Below the pieces are notes generated by a model. That model had not been told where the DNA came from, did not search any database, and saw only the letters and a program-made list of their open reading frames with translations. A stretch of 64,000 nucleotides of DNA from an uncultured bacterium. GTDB taxonomy: Bacteria > Verrucomicrobiota > Kiritimatiellia > RFP12 > UBA1067. Location: contig CACXRO010000017.1 of assembly GCA_902770045.1 (NCBI GenBank), positions 9,369 through 73,368 on the forward strand. Reading direction: 5' to 3'. Below are positions 18,801 through 29,127 of the stretch, piece by piece (position 1 is the first letter of the stretch; every line of letters starts with the position of its first letter). Made by a program: the position numbers and the translations under genes.

Positions 18801-18871
18801 GCGACGGAGCCTCCCGGTTTCAGCCCGGGGGGTGCGAAGCGTTTCCTAAATGTCTCCAGCGCCTTTTCCAT
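15791..18871 (-). CDS. mfd: Transcription-repair coupling factor
   Basis: YSVRGGIIDAW, VVHVDYGVG (CarD/TRCF), CGDAGYGKTE, DEEQRFG, QLRGRVGRS, DLELRGAGNLLG. Confidence 0.96.
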   Translation of the reverse strand: MEKALETFRKRFAPPGLKPGGSVAIPSLTGSADAFLSLALAAEPRVVLAVVPGLPDADRLLADLGVICNSLPASRGKWRKARVLEFPVPGADDRAAFALRLKTAAALGAWATMPYPCVVVAPAAAVAAPLPARAPEPLRLAAGAAASFGDFAARLAALGYSRVPQVAQEGDYSVRGGIIDAWSPGEELPVRAEFFGDELEGLRAFSPATQVSVEAVAEAEFMPVAESGGAQPADRGSLVADRLPDGAAVIAFEHNEYPALLPRLAGKDSHHAIVFTGDPAPRGTPTFPFQTVPLPGFAELGADAARHPELFEQSRARLERHLAAAEDRGALVARADGLSGGFELPAAEGGKAVLAVSKADRVFARRSAPPPRRAAGNAGARLTDFEDLELGEYVVHVDYGVGRFVGSSEITVNGRRSEVFTIEYADGGKLHVPAAHAHLLSRYVGVRGEEVRLHRLDGRRWEKDKREAQRAVTDLAAALLETQAKRDLTPGFAYDVECDGLDAFEAAFPYEETPDQAEAIAAVKRDLASTKPMDRLVCGDAGYGKTEVAMRAAYIAAMNGKQVAVLAPTTVLAEQHFETFTSRFDGTPVRIESLSRFQGPETRRGTFQRLAAGTCDIVIGTHALLSDRTVFRDLGLIVIDEEQRFGVRHKEFLKRLRATADVLTLSATPIPRTLYLSMTGARDLSLLRSPPRERVAVETKVERDSDAAVSAAISAELARGGQVYYLHNRVSTIHLAERRIRAAVPKARVVVAHGRMDARELAAKMRDFERGKFDVLLSTTIVESGLDIPRANTIIVERADAFGLADLYQLRGRVGRSSRQGYAYLMIPASGDIDSDARERLAALRRHGGLGAGFNLAVRDLELRGAGNLLGSQQSGHIAAVGFGLYCQLLQRTIALMKGEKAKETVDVKLNLDFVQPRIPYDYIEEDAQRLALLRRFAEAQDLKTIAALKLEMKDRFGPLPREAEEFADVAALRVRCARAGISNLDVRDGRAVFYRAGSREIAFVEFLKGGTFKAKIAELNRRLAS

Positions 18872-18984
18872 CGCTTGGGTGCGCGTATTATACCATATTC
18901 GCGGCAGAAGGAACCACAGGCCACGAATCACGAATCATGAATATGGTATAATACACAATCAATACGGCAAATGGGAGATTACTT

Positions 18985-19557
18985 TTGAAGATAATCGCAG
19001 GTCTAGGCAATCCAGGCGCGGAGTACGCCTCCACGCCGCACTCTGTCGGCTTCGAGGCGGTGGACGCGATTGCCGCGGAACTCGGCGGCGCGTGGGAGGA
19101 GAAGCGCCAGTACCGGTGCCTCTGGGCGCCGGTGCGGATCGGCGCCGAGCCGTGCATCCTCGTCAAGCCGCAGACCTACATGAACCTCTCCGGCGATGCG
19201 GTGGCGACGGTGGTGAAGTACCGCAACGCCGCGCCGGCGGACCTGATTGTGGTCCACGACGACATCGACCTCGCGCTCGGGCGCCTGCGCATCCGCCGCG
19301 GTGGCAGCTGCGGCGGCCACAACGGCGTGCGCAACGTCATCGAGCGGCTGGGGACGCAGGACTTCGTGCGCGTCAAGATCGGGGTCGGCAAGGACCGCGC
19401 CAACGTCGTCGCGCACGTGCTCGGCAAGTTCGACCCGGCCTCGCGGCAGATCGCCGACGCGGCAGTCGCCGCCGCCGCGAAGGCGGTGGTGGCGGTGGTG
19501 GGCCAGGGCGTGGAGCAGGCGATGAACCTCTTCAACTCATTCGACGCCAGTCCATGA
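18985..19557 (+). CDS. pth: Peptidyl-tRNA hydrolase
   Basis: IAGLGNPG, KPQTYMNLSG, VVHDDIDL, GGHNG. Confidence 0.96.
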   Translation: MKIIAGLGNPGAEYASTPHSVGFEAVDAIAAELGGAWEEKRQYRCLWAPVRIGAEPCILVKPQTYMNLSGDAVATVVKYRNAAPADLIVVHDDIDLALGRLRIRRGGSCGGHNGVRNVIERLGTQDFVRVKIGVGKDRANVVAHVLGKFDPASRQIADAAVAAAAKAVVAVVGQGVEQAMNLFNSFDASP

Positions 19558-20621
19558 CCGACGCTATCGCCATAGTTCCGGTGTTCAATCCCGAGCCCGG
19601 CCTCGTCGCGCTCTGCGAGGGGCTGCTCGGAGAGTTCGCCGGCGTGGTGGTGGTCGACGACGGCAGCGTGGAGGACCGGGAGCGCTTCGGCCTCCTGCCG
19701 CCTTCCGTCGTGCTGCTTGCGCACGAGGTCAACCGCGGCAAGGGCAGGGCGATGAAGACGGCGATCGAGTGGGTGCTCGCGAACCGCCCCTCCGCCGGCG
19801 CGGTGGTGTTCGTCGACGGCGACGGACAGCACTCGCCCGAGGACGCGCGGCGGGTCGCGGAGGCCGCGATCGCGAACGACGGCTGCGCGTTCGGAGTGAG
19901 GGACTTCAAGTCGGCCGGGGTGCCGCTCAGGAGCCGCTTCGGCAACGTGCTCACCGCCTTCCTCGTGCGGCTCATCTACGGCTTCGGGATCGAGGACACC
20001 CAGACCGGCCTCAGGGCCTTCCCGCTCCGGATGTGCCCCGCGCTCCTCGAGATCCCTGGCGAGCGCTACGAGTACGAGATGCGGCTCTTCGGCCGGCTGT
20101 CCGGCGACGGCGAGGCGCTCCACCAGGTGCCGATCAGGACGATCTACATCGCGAGCAACCGGTCGTCGCACTTCCGCCCGATTGTCGACTCGTACCGCGT
20201 GTACAAGGGGCTGTTCGGCGACTCGGTGGCGCGGCTGCTGCGCTTCTCGGCGTCGAGCGTCGCCGGGTTCCTCGCCGACAACCTCGTCTTCGCCGTCGCG
20301 ATGTTCGCCCTGCAGCGGACGGGGATGCTTCGCCGCTGGGAGATCCTCATCTCGCTCGCGGTGGCGCGCGCCGTCTCGGCCACGCTCAACTACGTCTGCA
20401 ACCGCTCCTTCGTCTTCCGCAGCCGCACTTCGTTCGCAGGCTCGTTCGTCAGGTACTGGGCGCTGGTGCTGCTCATCGCGGCGCTTTCGTACGTGCTCAC
20501 GGCGACGCTCTCGGCGTTGCTCGACGTGCGCGGCGCCTCGGTCACGGTGGTGAAGGTAGTGGTGGAGTCCGCGCTCTTCATCCTCTCCTACCGCCTGCAG
20601 AAAAAGTGGGTCTTCGGCTGA
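19554..20621 (+). CDS. GT2 glycosyltransferase fused to a GtrA-like domain
   Basis: VVVDDGS, NRGKGRAMK, VDGDGQH, DTQTGLRAFP, YEYEM; C-terminal four-TM GtrA (NYVCNRSFVF). Confidence 0.9.
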   Translation: MTDAIAIVPVFNPEPGLVALCEGLLGEFAGVVVVDDGSVEDRERFGLLPPSVVLLAHEVNRGKGRAMKTAIEWVLANRPSAGAVVFVDGDGQHSPEDARRVAEAAIANDGCAFGVRDFKSAGVPLRSRFGNVLTAFLVRLIYGFGIEDTQTGLRAFPLRMCPALLEIPGERYEYEMRLFGRLSGDGEALHQVPIRTIYIASNRSSHFRPIVDSYRVYKGLFGDSVARLLRFSASSVAGFLADNLVFAVAMFALQRTGMLRRWEILISLAVARAVSATLNYVCNRSFVFRSRTSFAGSFVRYWALVLLIAALSYVLTATLSALLDVRGASVTVVKVVVESALFILSYRLQKKWVFG

Positions 20622-20676
20622 GAAAGCGGCGCAGGATTTCGTCCGCACTCCTCTGGAAGAAGAAAGCAGGGAACTT

Positions 20677-22026
20677 ATGAACAAGGAAACAAATGCGCCG
20701 CGTCCGAGCGGCCTTGCGCTGGTGCCTTTCGCGGTGTTTGCCGCGTTTTACGTGGGGCTGTCGCTTTTCGCGTCCCACCTCGGCTATGAAATGCCCTGGT
20801 ACAAGGTCTCGATGCCCATCGCGTTTCTCGTGGCCTCGGCGGTGTCCATACTCATCGGGCGCCGCAAGCTCGACGAGAAGGTCGAAATTTACGCGAGGGG
20901 AATGGGCGAGCCCAACATAATGATCATGTGCCTCATCTTCATACTGGCTGGGGCGTTCGCGACGATAGCGAAGGGGGCGGGCGCCGTCGACGCCGCCGTC
21001 ACGATTGCGCAGGCGTTTGTGCCGACCCGCCTCATGGTGGCGGGGGTGTTCCTCGTCTCGTGCCTCATCTCGCTGGCCATCGGCACTTCCTGCGGCACCA
21101 TAGCGGCGGTGACGCCGATCGCGCTGGGATTTGTCGATCCGCTTGGTCTCGACCCCGCGCTTCTCATGGGCGCCGTGATCGGCGGCGCCATGTTCGGCGA
21201 CAACATGTCCATGATCTCCGACACGACGATCGCCGCTACGCGGACTCAGGGAGTGAGGATGAAGGACAAGTTCCTCGCCAACGGCCTGATCGCGGCGCCC
21301 GCGGCGCTGGTCGCGCTCTTCCTCTATGCGGCCTCCGGCTCTGCCGCGGGAGCGGTCGAGACGCCGGCCATAGCATGGCGGCACGTCGTCCTGGTCCTGC
21401 CCTATGTCTTCGTGCTCGCGCTTGCGCTGGCGGGATTCAACGTGATGGCGCTGCTCTTCTCGGGGACCTTGCTGTCGGCGGTCATCGGAGGCGTGCTCGG
21501 GCGCTTTGCGTTCTTCGACATCATGGATCTCCTTGGCAAGGGGACATTGGGAATGGGCGAGACGCTGATCGTCGCGCTCCTCGCGGGAGGGCTTTTCAAG
21601 TCGGTGCAGGCCAACGGCGGAATCGTGTGGCTCACCGACAGGATATCCAAGGTGATCCTAGGTCCGCGTTCCTGCGAGTTCGGCGTCTTTCTCCTGGTGG
21701 CGGCCATCAACTGCTTCACCGCCAACAACACGGTCGCAATCGTGATCGCCGGTCCCATCGCGAAGGAATGCGCCGACAAGTTCGGCGCGGCGCCAGTTCG
21801 CGTCGCATCGGTCCTCGACACCGCCTCCTGCGTAGTGCAGGGAATCATACCCTACGGCGCGCAGATTCTCATCGCCATGGGCGTCGCGAAGGGGCTCGAC
21901 ATGTCCGTCGACACCGTATCGCTGCTCTCGAGCCTATATTATCAGCCGCTCCTGGCCATTGCGGTCTTTTGCTCGATGCTGCTCTATGGCCGGCGCAAGC
22001 GCTCGCCGATCCCCACCGTCAACTGA
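20677..22026 (+). CDS. Na+/H+ antiporter NhaC-family protein (MetT-like)
   Basis: AIGTSCGT, GGAMFGDNMSMISDTTIAA, ANNTVAI, PYGAQIL. Confidence 0.88.
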   Translation: MNKETNAPRPSGLALVPFAVFAAFYVGLSLFASHLGYEMPWYKVSMPIAFLVASAVSILIGRRKLDEKVEIYARGMGEPNIMIMCLIFILAGAFATIAKGAGAVDAAVTIAQAFVPTRLMVAGVFLVSCLISLAIGTSCGTIAAVTPIALGFVDPLGLDPALLMGAVIGGAMFGDNMSMISDTTIAATRTQGVRMKDKFLANGLIAAPAALVALFLYAASGSAAGAVETPAIAWRHVVLVLPYVFVLALALAGFNVMALLFSGTLLSAVIGGVLGRFAFFDIMDLLGKGTLGMGETLIVALLAGGLFKSVQANGGIVWLTDRISKVILGPRSCEFGVFLLVAAINCFTANNTVAIVIAGPIAKECADKFGAAPVRVASVLDTASCVVQGIIPYGAQILIAMGVAKGLDMSVDTVSLLSSLYYQPLLAIAVFCSMLLYGRRKRSPIPTVN

Positions 22027-22072
22027 ACGGGGGGTAGGCGGCGGCGGTCCGATTTTGGTATAATTCGCATTT

Positions 22073-22636
22073 ATGAAAGCACTTTTCCTCTCTCTGCCGA
22101 TACTGGCGCTCGCCGGCTGCTTCACCGCCCACCTCCCGAACGTGACCGAGTGGACGGTCGAGAGCGCGGCGAAGGCGTCCGAGTCCGCCAAGCCGAAGTA
22201 CGGCACCGTCCGCATCTCCTACGTCGCGGTGCGCTCGCCCTACGACGGGCGCCGCTTAGTGGTGGCCCGGCCCGACGGTTCGCTCGCCTTCGACTCGTTC
22301 AACGCCTTCGCCGCGTCGCCGCCGCAGCTCCTGAAGGGCCCGGTGCTCGACGCGCTTGCCGCTTCCGGCCGCTTCAAGGCGGTGGTGGAGCCGAGCTCGT
22401 CCACGGTGGTGGACGGCATCGTCGAGGTCGCGGTGAACCGCCTCCGGCTCGACTGCCGCGAGAAGGACCGCCGCTTCGCCGAGGTGTCGGTATCGCTCAC
22501 GCTGCTCGACGCCTCGCGGGAGATCGTCGGGCGTGCGACCGGCGTCGGCGTCGCCGACGCGGCGGACGGCAGATACACGGCGGCGTTCTCGTCCGCCTTC
22601 GACGCGGCGATGGCGGAGGCGCTTGCGGCGCTGTAG
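22073..22636 (+). CDS. PqiC-like ABC transport auxiliary lipoprotein
   Basis: Lipobox LAGC; precedes mlaEFD. Confidence 0.75.
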   Translation: MKALFLSLPILALAGCFTAHLPNVTEWTVESAAKASESAKPKYGTVRISYVAVRSPYDGRRLVVARPDGSLAFDSFNAFAASPPQLLKGPVLDALAASGRFKAVVEPSSSTVVDGIVEVAVNRLRLDCREKDRRFAEVSVSLTLLDASREIVGRATGVGVADAADGRYTAAFSSAFDAAMAEALAAL

Positions 22637-22639
22637 GCG

Positions 22640-23377
22640 ATGGGCACGCTGGACTTCATCGGCGAGACGTGCGCGTGCGCGGCGGGGATGGTGTTCCATC
22701 CGCGGCGCTTCCGCCTGGGCGACTCGCTGCTGGCGTTCCAGCGCGCGGCCTACGACGGGCTCGCGGTAGTCTCCGGCGTCGGCTTCCTGCTCGGGGTGAT
22801 CCTCGCCTTCCAGTGCGCCGCGGCGCTGAAGATGTTCGGGGTGGAGATCTACGTCTCCGACATGCTGGCGATCGCGCTCTTCCGGGAGCTCGGCCCGGTC
22901 GTGACCGCGATCATCCTCGCCGGCCGCACCGGCAGCGCCTTCGCCGCGGAGATCGGCACGATGAAGGCGAACGAGGAGCTGAACGCGCTGACCACGATGG
23001 GCCTGCCGCCGGTGCGCTTCCTGGTGATGCCGCGCATCGTCGCCGCGGCGCTGGCGATGCCGCCGCTCACCATCTTCCACGAGCTCGCCGGACTCGTCGG
23101 CGGCGCGCTGGTGCTTTCGACGATGGGCATCCCGACGCAGGTCTTCTGGCAGCACGTCACCGCCACCTCCACCGCCTTCATGATCGTCTTCGGCCTCGCC
23201 AAGGGCGTCCTCTTCGGCCTGGTGGTCGGCCTCATCGGCTGCTGCGCGGGCATGCGCGCGCCGACCACTTCGGACGGCGTGGGCGCGGCGGCGACCGCGG
23301 CGGTGGTGTGGTCGATCGTGGCGATCGCGGTCGGCGACGGTCTCATCGCGGTGCTGGCGTGGATATGGGGGGTGTGA
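22640..23377 (+). CDS. mlaE: MlaE-family ABC permease
   Basis: RELGPVVTAIILAGRTGSAFAAEIGTMK..EELNAL motif. Confidence 0.92.
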   Translation: MGTLDFIGETCACAAGMVFHPRRFRLGDSLLAFQRAAYDGLAVVSGVGFLLGVILAFQCAAALKMFGVEIYVSDMLAIALFRELGPVVTAIILAGRTGSAFAAEIGTMKANEELNALTTMGLPPVRFLVMPRIVAAALAMPPLTIFHELAGLVGGALVLSTMGIPTQVFWQHVTATSTAFMIVFGLAKGVLFGLVVGLIGCCAGMRAPTTSDGVGAAATAAVVWSIVAIAVGDGLIAVLAWIWGV

Positions 23378-24132
23378 CGGTGGCGGAAGGTCCGATAGTC
23401 TCGCTCTCGCACGTCGACGCCGGCTACCCGGGCGCGACGATCCTCGCCGACGTGAGCTTCGACATTGCGCCGGGCGAGATCTTCATCCTGCTCGGCGGCT
23501 CGGGCTGCGGCAAGTCCACCATCCTCAAGCACATTATCGGCCTCAACCCGGTGCTCGCCGGCACCTTGACCGTGGCGGGGCTCGAGTGGACTGCCGCGAC
23601 GCGCGAGGGGCTCTGCCGGCGGATCGGCGTCATGTACCAGTCGGGCGCGCTCTTCGGCTCCATGACCTGCCTCGAGAACGTCATGCTGCCGCTCGAGGAG
23701 TTCACGCGCCTCTCCCGCGCCGAGCGGCGCGAGCGCGCGATGGGGCTGCTGCGCGACGTCGAGCTCGCGGACGCCGCCAACCTCATGCCCTCGGAGATCT
23801 CCGGCGGCATGTGCAAGCGCGTCGCGATCGCGCGGGCGATGGCGCTCGACCCCGAGGTGGTGTTCCTCGACGAGCCGAGCGCCGGCCTCGACCCGATCAC
23901 CTCGTCGTCGCTCGACGACCTCATACTCAGGCTGCGCGCGGAGAAGGGCATGACCTTCGTGGTGGTGTCCCACGAGCTCGCATCGATCTTCAAGATCGCC
24001 GACCGTGCGGCGATGTTCGACAAGTCCCGGCGGGCGATGGTCGCCCTCGGCGTCCCGGCGGAGCTGCGCGATTCGTCGGACGATCCATTCGTCCGCAGGT
24101 TCTTCAACAGGGGAGAGTCAGATGGCAAGTGA
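23374..24132 (+). CDS. mlaF: MlaF-family ABC ATPase
   Basis: GGSGCGKST, ISGGMCKRVAIARA, FLDEPSAGLDP. GTG start inside ORF 22150..24132. Confidence 0.92.
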   Translation: MTVAEGPIVSLSHVDAGYPGATILADVSFDIAPGEIFILLGGSGCGKSTILKHIIGLNPVLAGTLTVAGLEWTAATREGLCRRIGVMYQSGALFGSMTCLENVMLPLEEFTRLSRAERRERAMGLLRDVELADAANLMPSEISGGMCKRVAIARAMALDPEVVFLDEPSAGLDPITSSSLDDLILRLRAEKGMTFVVVSHELASIFKIADRAAMFDKSRRAMVALGVPAELRDSSDDPFVRRFFNRGESDGK

Positions 24133-24901
24133 AGGCAAGACCTCGTATACCAAGATCGGCTTCATCGTAGTCGCCGGCATCGTCGCCGTCGCCGGGTCGC
24201 TGTTCTACTTCGGCGGCGTCCGCGGCAACGGCGACCTCGTCTACGCCGAGACGTGCTTCGACCGCTCGGTGAGCGGGCTGTCGATCGGCAGCGCGGTCAA
24301 CTTCCGCGGCGTCAAGATCGGCGAGGTCAAGGAGATCTCGTTCGTCGGCAACAAGTACCACGTCCGCGGCGACGACAACCTGCGCGTCTACATCAAGATG
24401 GGCTTCCCGCGCTCCAGGCTGACCGCCTACGAGGACGAGGGCGTCAGCGCGGACGAGGCGCTCGGCTACATGGTCGAGTCCGTCGGCATCCGCGCCACCG
24501 TCTCCGCGAGCGGCGTCACCGGGCTCTCGCGCATCGAGCTGGACGCCGCGCCGGACTTCCCCGCGATCCAGCCGAGCTGGACCCCGGAGTACGCCTACAT
24601 CCCGCCGAAGCCGTCGTTCATCGACAACTTTTCAGACTCCGCCACCAGGGTGATGGACCAGATCAACCGCATGGACATCGCCGGCGTCTGGAGCAACGTG
24701 AGCGCGTCGGTCGAGTCGCTCGCGCGCCTCTCTGACGGCGTGAAGGCCACGCTCGAGGCGAGCCGCTCCGACGCCGAGCGGATCATCGGCAACCTCTCCG
24801 GCACCGCCGCCGCGGTGCGCGACCTCGTGGAGCGCCTGCGCGAGAACCCCTCGCTCCTGATCCGCGAGCACGAGGAGCAGCGCCTCCCCGAGACCAGGTA
24901 G
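24122..24901 (+). CDS. mlaD: MlaD/MCE-family protein
   Basis: N-terminal TM helix; SVSGLSIGSAVNFRGVKIGEV; NPSLLI tail. Confidence 0.9.
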   Translation: MASEGKTSYTKIGFIVVAGIVAVAGSLFYFGGVRGNGDLVYAETCFDRSVSGLSIGSAVNFRGVKIGEVKEISFVGNKYHVRGDDNLRVYIKMGFPRSRLTAYEDEGVSADEALGYMVESVGIRATVSASGVTGLSRIELDAAPDFPAIQPSWTPEYAYIPPKPSFIDNFSDSATRVMDQINRMDIAGVWSNVSASVESLARLSDGVKATLEASRSDAERIIGNLSGTAAAVRDLVERLRENPSLLIREHEEQRLPETR

Positions 24902-24912
24902 CGCCGCCCCCA

Positions 24913-24942
24913 TTGACAAGCGAGGGGCAAAAAGCGTATAAT
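24913..24942 (+). promoter_or_regulatory. Consensus sigma70 promoter of gap
   Basis: TTGACA (24913-24918), 18 bp spacer, TATAAT (24937-24942). Confidence 0.8.
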
Positions 24943-25005
24943 ACACACCCAATATCGCCGTCGGGAGGGGTTCCTGCGCGGACAAAAAAAAGAAAGAAAA
25001 GGTAA

Positions 25006-26011
<1,006 letters not shown>

Positions 26012-26027
26012 AAACGGCGAGCTCGTG

Positions 26028-26067
26028 AAAAAACGTCCGCGGGGGTATTGCCCCGCGGCGTTTTTTT
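26028..26067. terminator. Bidirectional intrinsic terminator
   Basis: AAAAAACG-TCCGCGGGG...CCCCGCGG-CGTTTTTTT after gap. Confidence 0.75.
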
Positions 26068-26133
26068 ATGGTATAATACGCCCCATAGTCAACCCCAACA
26101 GATTTCAAAGGAAAAAAACAGGAGAAAAACAAA

Positions 26134-26691
26134 ATGAAGTTCTCGACGATGACGGTGGTTCTGGCCGCAGCTCTCTGCATGGCCGGCTGCAAGTACGACA
26201 AGGCCGCCAAGGGCGGCGTTCCCGGCGATGGCAAGGCGAATGCCAGCGACATCTCTACTTCTGCCGACATCAATGCCGACGAGGGCTCGCTGGACTCCCT
26301 CTCCGAGGCGAAGTTCGACGACCTCTACGCGAAGTGCACCGACGTCGACTTCGCGGCCGTCTACTTCGGCTTCGACTCCACGGTGATCCCCCAGGGCGAG
26401 CTCGGCAAGGTGGACCTCGTCGCGGAGCACCTCAAGGCCAAGCCCGAGCGCGTTGTCCTCGTCGAGGGCAACTGCGACGAGCGCGGCTCCAACGAGTACA
26501 ACATGACCCTCGGCGAGAACCGCGCGATCATCGTGCGCAACTACCTGGTGCAGAACGGCATCGCCGAGAGCCGCATCCAGACCCGCAGCTACGGCGAGGA
26601 GCGCCCGGCCGCCGAAGGCCACGACGAGAGCGCCTGGGCGCTGAACCGCCGCGCCGAGTTCGGGATCTACGACACGACCCAGAAGAAGTAG
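26134..26691 (+). CDS. pal: Peptidoglycan-associated lipoprotein (OmpA family)
   Basis: Lipobox MAGC; VYFGFDS, EGNCDERGSNEYN..LGENRA, NRRAEF. Confidence 0.92.
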   Translation: MKFSTMTVVLAAALCMAGCKYDKAAKGGVPGDGKANASDISTSADINADEGSLDSLSEAKFDDLYAKCTDVDFAAVYFGFDSTVIPQGELGKVDLVAEHLKAKPERVVLVEGNCDERGSNEYNMTLGENRAIIVRNYLVQNGIAESRIQTRSYGEERPAAEGHDESAWALNRRAEFGIYDTTQKK

Positions 26692-26703
26692 GCTGGGCCC
26701 TGA

Positions 26704-27069
26704 ATGGCGCTGGCCATCATCTTTGACGGCGTCGGCTTCGGCGAGTGGTTTGTGCTGCTCGCCGTCGTTCTTGTCGTCGTGGGCCCGAAGCGCCTGCCGT
26801 CCGCCGCGCGGAAGTTCGGCCAGTACTACGCCAAGTTCCGCCGCGCCGCCGACAGCTTCAAGCGCCAGATCCTCGACATGGACACCGAGCTCGCCAACTC
26901 CGTGCGCGACGCCGCGCGCGAGGTCGAGAACGCCGCCAACGAAGTGACGAACGCCGCCGAGGACATGTTCCGCATCCCGGATCCCATTCCTCCAAGTCCC
27001 CCCAGCCCCGACAATCCTGTCAATCCTGTAAATCCCGTCGACAACACCGCGTCACCCGATGGCAATTGA
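26704..27069 (+). CDS. tatB: Twin-arginine translocase TatA/TatB subunit
   Basis: GFGEWFVLLAVVLVVVGPKRLP; lies upstream of tatC. Confidence 0.85.
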   Translation: MALAIIFDGVGFGEWFVLLAVVLVVVGPKRLPSAARKFGQYYAKFRRAADSFKRQILDMDTELANSVRDAAREVENAANEVTNAAEDMFRIPDPIPPSPPSPDNPVNPVNPVDNTASPDGN

Positions 27070-27817
27070 CCTCATCGCCAAGCCCGACGAGCGCAACGAC
27101 CCTCCGCGCCCGCTGCTCGAGCACCTCCTGGCGCTCCGGGACATGCTTGTCTTCGCCGCGGTCTCCTGGGCGTGCGGCGTCGTCGTGGCCGGCGTCTTCG
27201 CGCCGCAGATCCTCGAGCTCCTGAAGGCGCCCGCCGCCGAGTTCAAGGACCTTCTCCAGGTCGTGGGCATGACCGCGCCGTTCGATGTCTGGATGTCCAT
27301 CGCCGCCTGGGGCGGCACCGTCCTCAGCTTCCCGCTCGTCTCCTTCGCCGTCCTCCGGTTCGTCTTCCCCGCGCTCACCAACCGCGAGAAGCTCGTCATC
27401 CTCTGCGGCATCAGCTTCGGCACCGCTCTCTTCCTCGCCGGCGCCGTGCTCGCCTACGGCAAGACCCTCCCGCTCGTCGTCGTCGCCTTCCGCCAGATCG
27501 GCCGCTGGATGGGCATCGAGCAGCAGATCATCACCATCGACACCTACATCCCGATCGTCCTCAAGCTCATCGTCGCGTTTGGCCTCGTCTTCCAGATGCC
27601 GCTCATCATCTTCGTCCTGGGCTGCTTCGGCATGGTCACCTCGCAGGCGCTCCGCGAGAAGCGCCGCATCGCCATCGTCGTCGCCTTCGTGCTGTCGATG
27701 TTCCTGACGCCGCCGGACCCGATGAGCCAGGTGGTGATGGCGGTCCCGCTCTGCCTCCTCTACGAGATCTCGATCTGGGCGGTGTGGCTGCGCGAGAAGG
27801 GGAGGTTTAGGCGGTGA
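27059..27817 (+). CDS. tatC: Twin-arginine translocase TatC
   Basis: LLEHLLALR, FGLVFQMP, FLTPPDPMSQ..MAVPL.LLYEIS. Confidence 0.93.
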   Translation: MAIDLIAKPDERNDPPRPLLEHLLALRDMLVFAAVSWACGVVVAGVFAPQILELLKAPAAEFKDLLQVVGMTAPFDVWMSIAAWGGTVLSFPLVSFAVLRFVFPALTNREKLVILCGISFGTALFLAGAVLAYGKTLPLVVVAFRQIGRWMGIEQQIITIDTYIPIVLKLIVAFGLVFQMPLIIFVLGCFGMVTSQALREKRRIAIVVAFVLSMFLTPPDPMSQVVMAVPLCLLYEISIWAVWLREKGRFRR

Positions 27818-29127
27818 AGGGACGCGTCTCGGTAGCGCTCGGCTTCCTCGCGCTGATCTTCGTCGGCGCGGTCGTGCTGGCCGCCCCGTTCTCCCGCGCC
27901 GACGGCGCCTGGGGAGACCCGGTGGTCTCGCTCTTCACTGCCTGCTCGGCGGTCTGCGTGACTGGCCTTACCGTGGTGGACATCGCCGCGGAGTTCTCCC
28001 GCACCGGCCAGATCGTGCTGCTCGTCCTCGTCGAGGTCGGCTGCCTCGGCCTCATGACCTGCGGCACATTCCTCCTCATCGCGATTGGACGCCGCCTATC
28101 GCTCGCCCGCGAGTTCTCGCTCATGAACGCCTACGGCGTCGCCCAGATCCAGGGCCTCAAGGGGCTGATCTGCTGGACCGTCGGCTCGATGCTCGCCGTC
28201 GAGGGAATCGGCGCGGTGCTCCTCTACCTGCGCATCGGCGACGTCTACCGCAGCATCTTCTACTCCGCGATGAGCTTCTGCAACGCCGGCTTCAGCGTCG
28301 ACCCCGGCTCGATCGCCGTCTTCGCCGGCGACCCCTGGGTCGTCTTCATCCTCGCGGCGGAGACGATCCTCGGCGGCATCGGGTTCCTCGTGCTCTACAA
28401 CTTCTGCACCTGCTTCCTCGGCCGCCGGCGCGGCGCCCCGCGCGGCAAGCTTTCGCTCCACGCCCGCGTCGTCCTGCGCCTCACCGCCTACCTGCTCGTG
28501 CTCGCCTTCGCCTTCTTCCTCGTCGCGGAGTGGAACGGCGCGCTCGCCCCCTACCACGGCGCCCAGCGCTGGTGGGTGGCGTTCTACCAGGCCGTCACCC
28601 CGCGCACCTGCGGCTTCTGCATCATCCCCACCGAGTCGCTCCGGCCCATCACCCGCCTCGTCTACGAGGCGCTGATGTTCGTCGGCGGCGCGCCCGGCTC
28701 CGCCGCCGCCGGCATGAAGGTGACCACCTTCGCCGTGCTCGTCTACACCCTGCTCGCGATGTGCCGCGGCGAGCAGGAGACCACGCTCGACCACCGCATC
28801 GTCCCGGCCGAGATAGTGCGCGAGTCGATCGTCATCTTCATGGCCCTCGTCGGCTTCATCGTGCTCGTCACCGGCGCGCTCTTCATCACCGAGGACATGT
28901 CCGCCGACACCCCGGAGCGCCTCTTCTTCGAGGCCGTCTCCGCCGTCACCACCACCGGACTCTCCGTCGCCGACACCACCCCGAGCCTCTCATTCGCCGG
29001 ACGCTGCGTCATCATGGTCGCCATGTTCATAGGCCGTCTCGGCGCACTCTCGGTGGTGATGCTGATCGGCGACCGCGAGTCGAAGCGACACGTCCGCTTC
29101 CCCACCGGCGAACTGGTTGTGGGCTAA
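27814..29127 (+). CDS. trkH: TrkH/KtrB potassium uptake membrane protein
   Basis: SAVCVTGL, SFCNAGFS, PRTCGF, SAVTTTGLS pore loops. Confidence 0.9.
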   Translation: MKGRVSVALGFLALIFVGAVVLAAPFSRADGAWGDPVVSLFTACSAVCVTGLTVVDIAAEFSRTGQIVLLVLVEVGCLGLMTCGTFLLIAIGRRLSLAREFSLMNAYGVAQIQGLKGLICWTVGSMLAVEGIGAVLLYLRIGDVYRSIFYSAMSFCNAGFSVDPGSIAVFAGDPWVVFILAAETILGGIGFLVLYNFCTCFLGRRRGAPRGKLSLHARVVLRLTAYLLVLAFAFFLVAEWNGALAPYHGAQRWWVAFYQAVTPRTCGFCIIPTESLRPITRLVYEALMFVGGAPGSAAAGMKVTTFAVLVYTLLAMCRGEQETTLDHRIVPAEIVRESIVIFMALVGFIVLVTGALFITEDMSADTPERLFFEAVSAVTTTGLSVADTTPSLSFAGRCVIMVAMFIGRLGALSVVMLIGDRESKRHVRFPTGELVVG

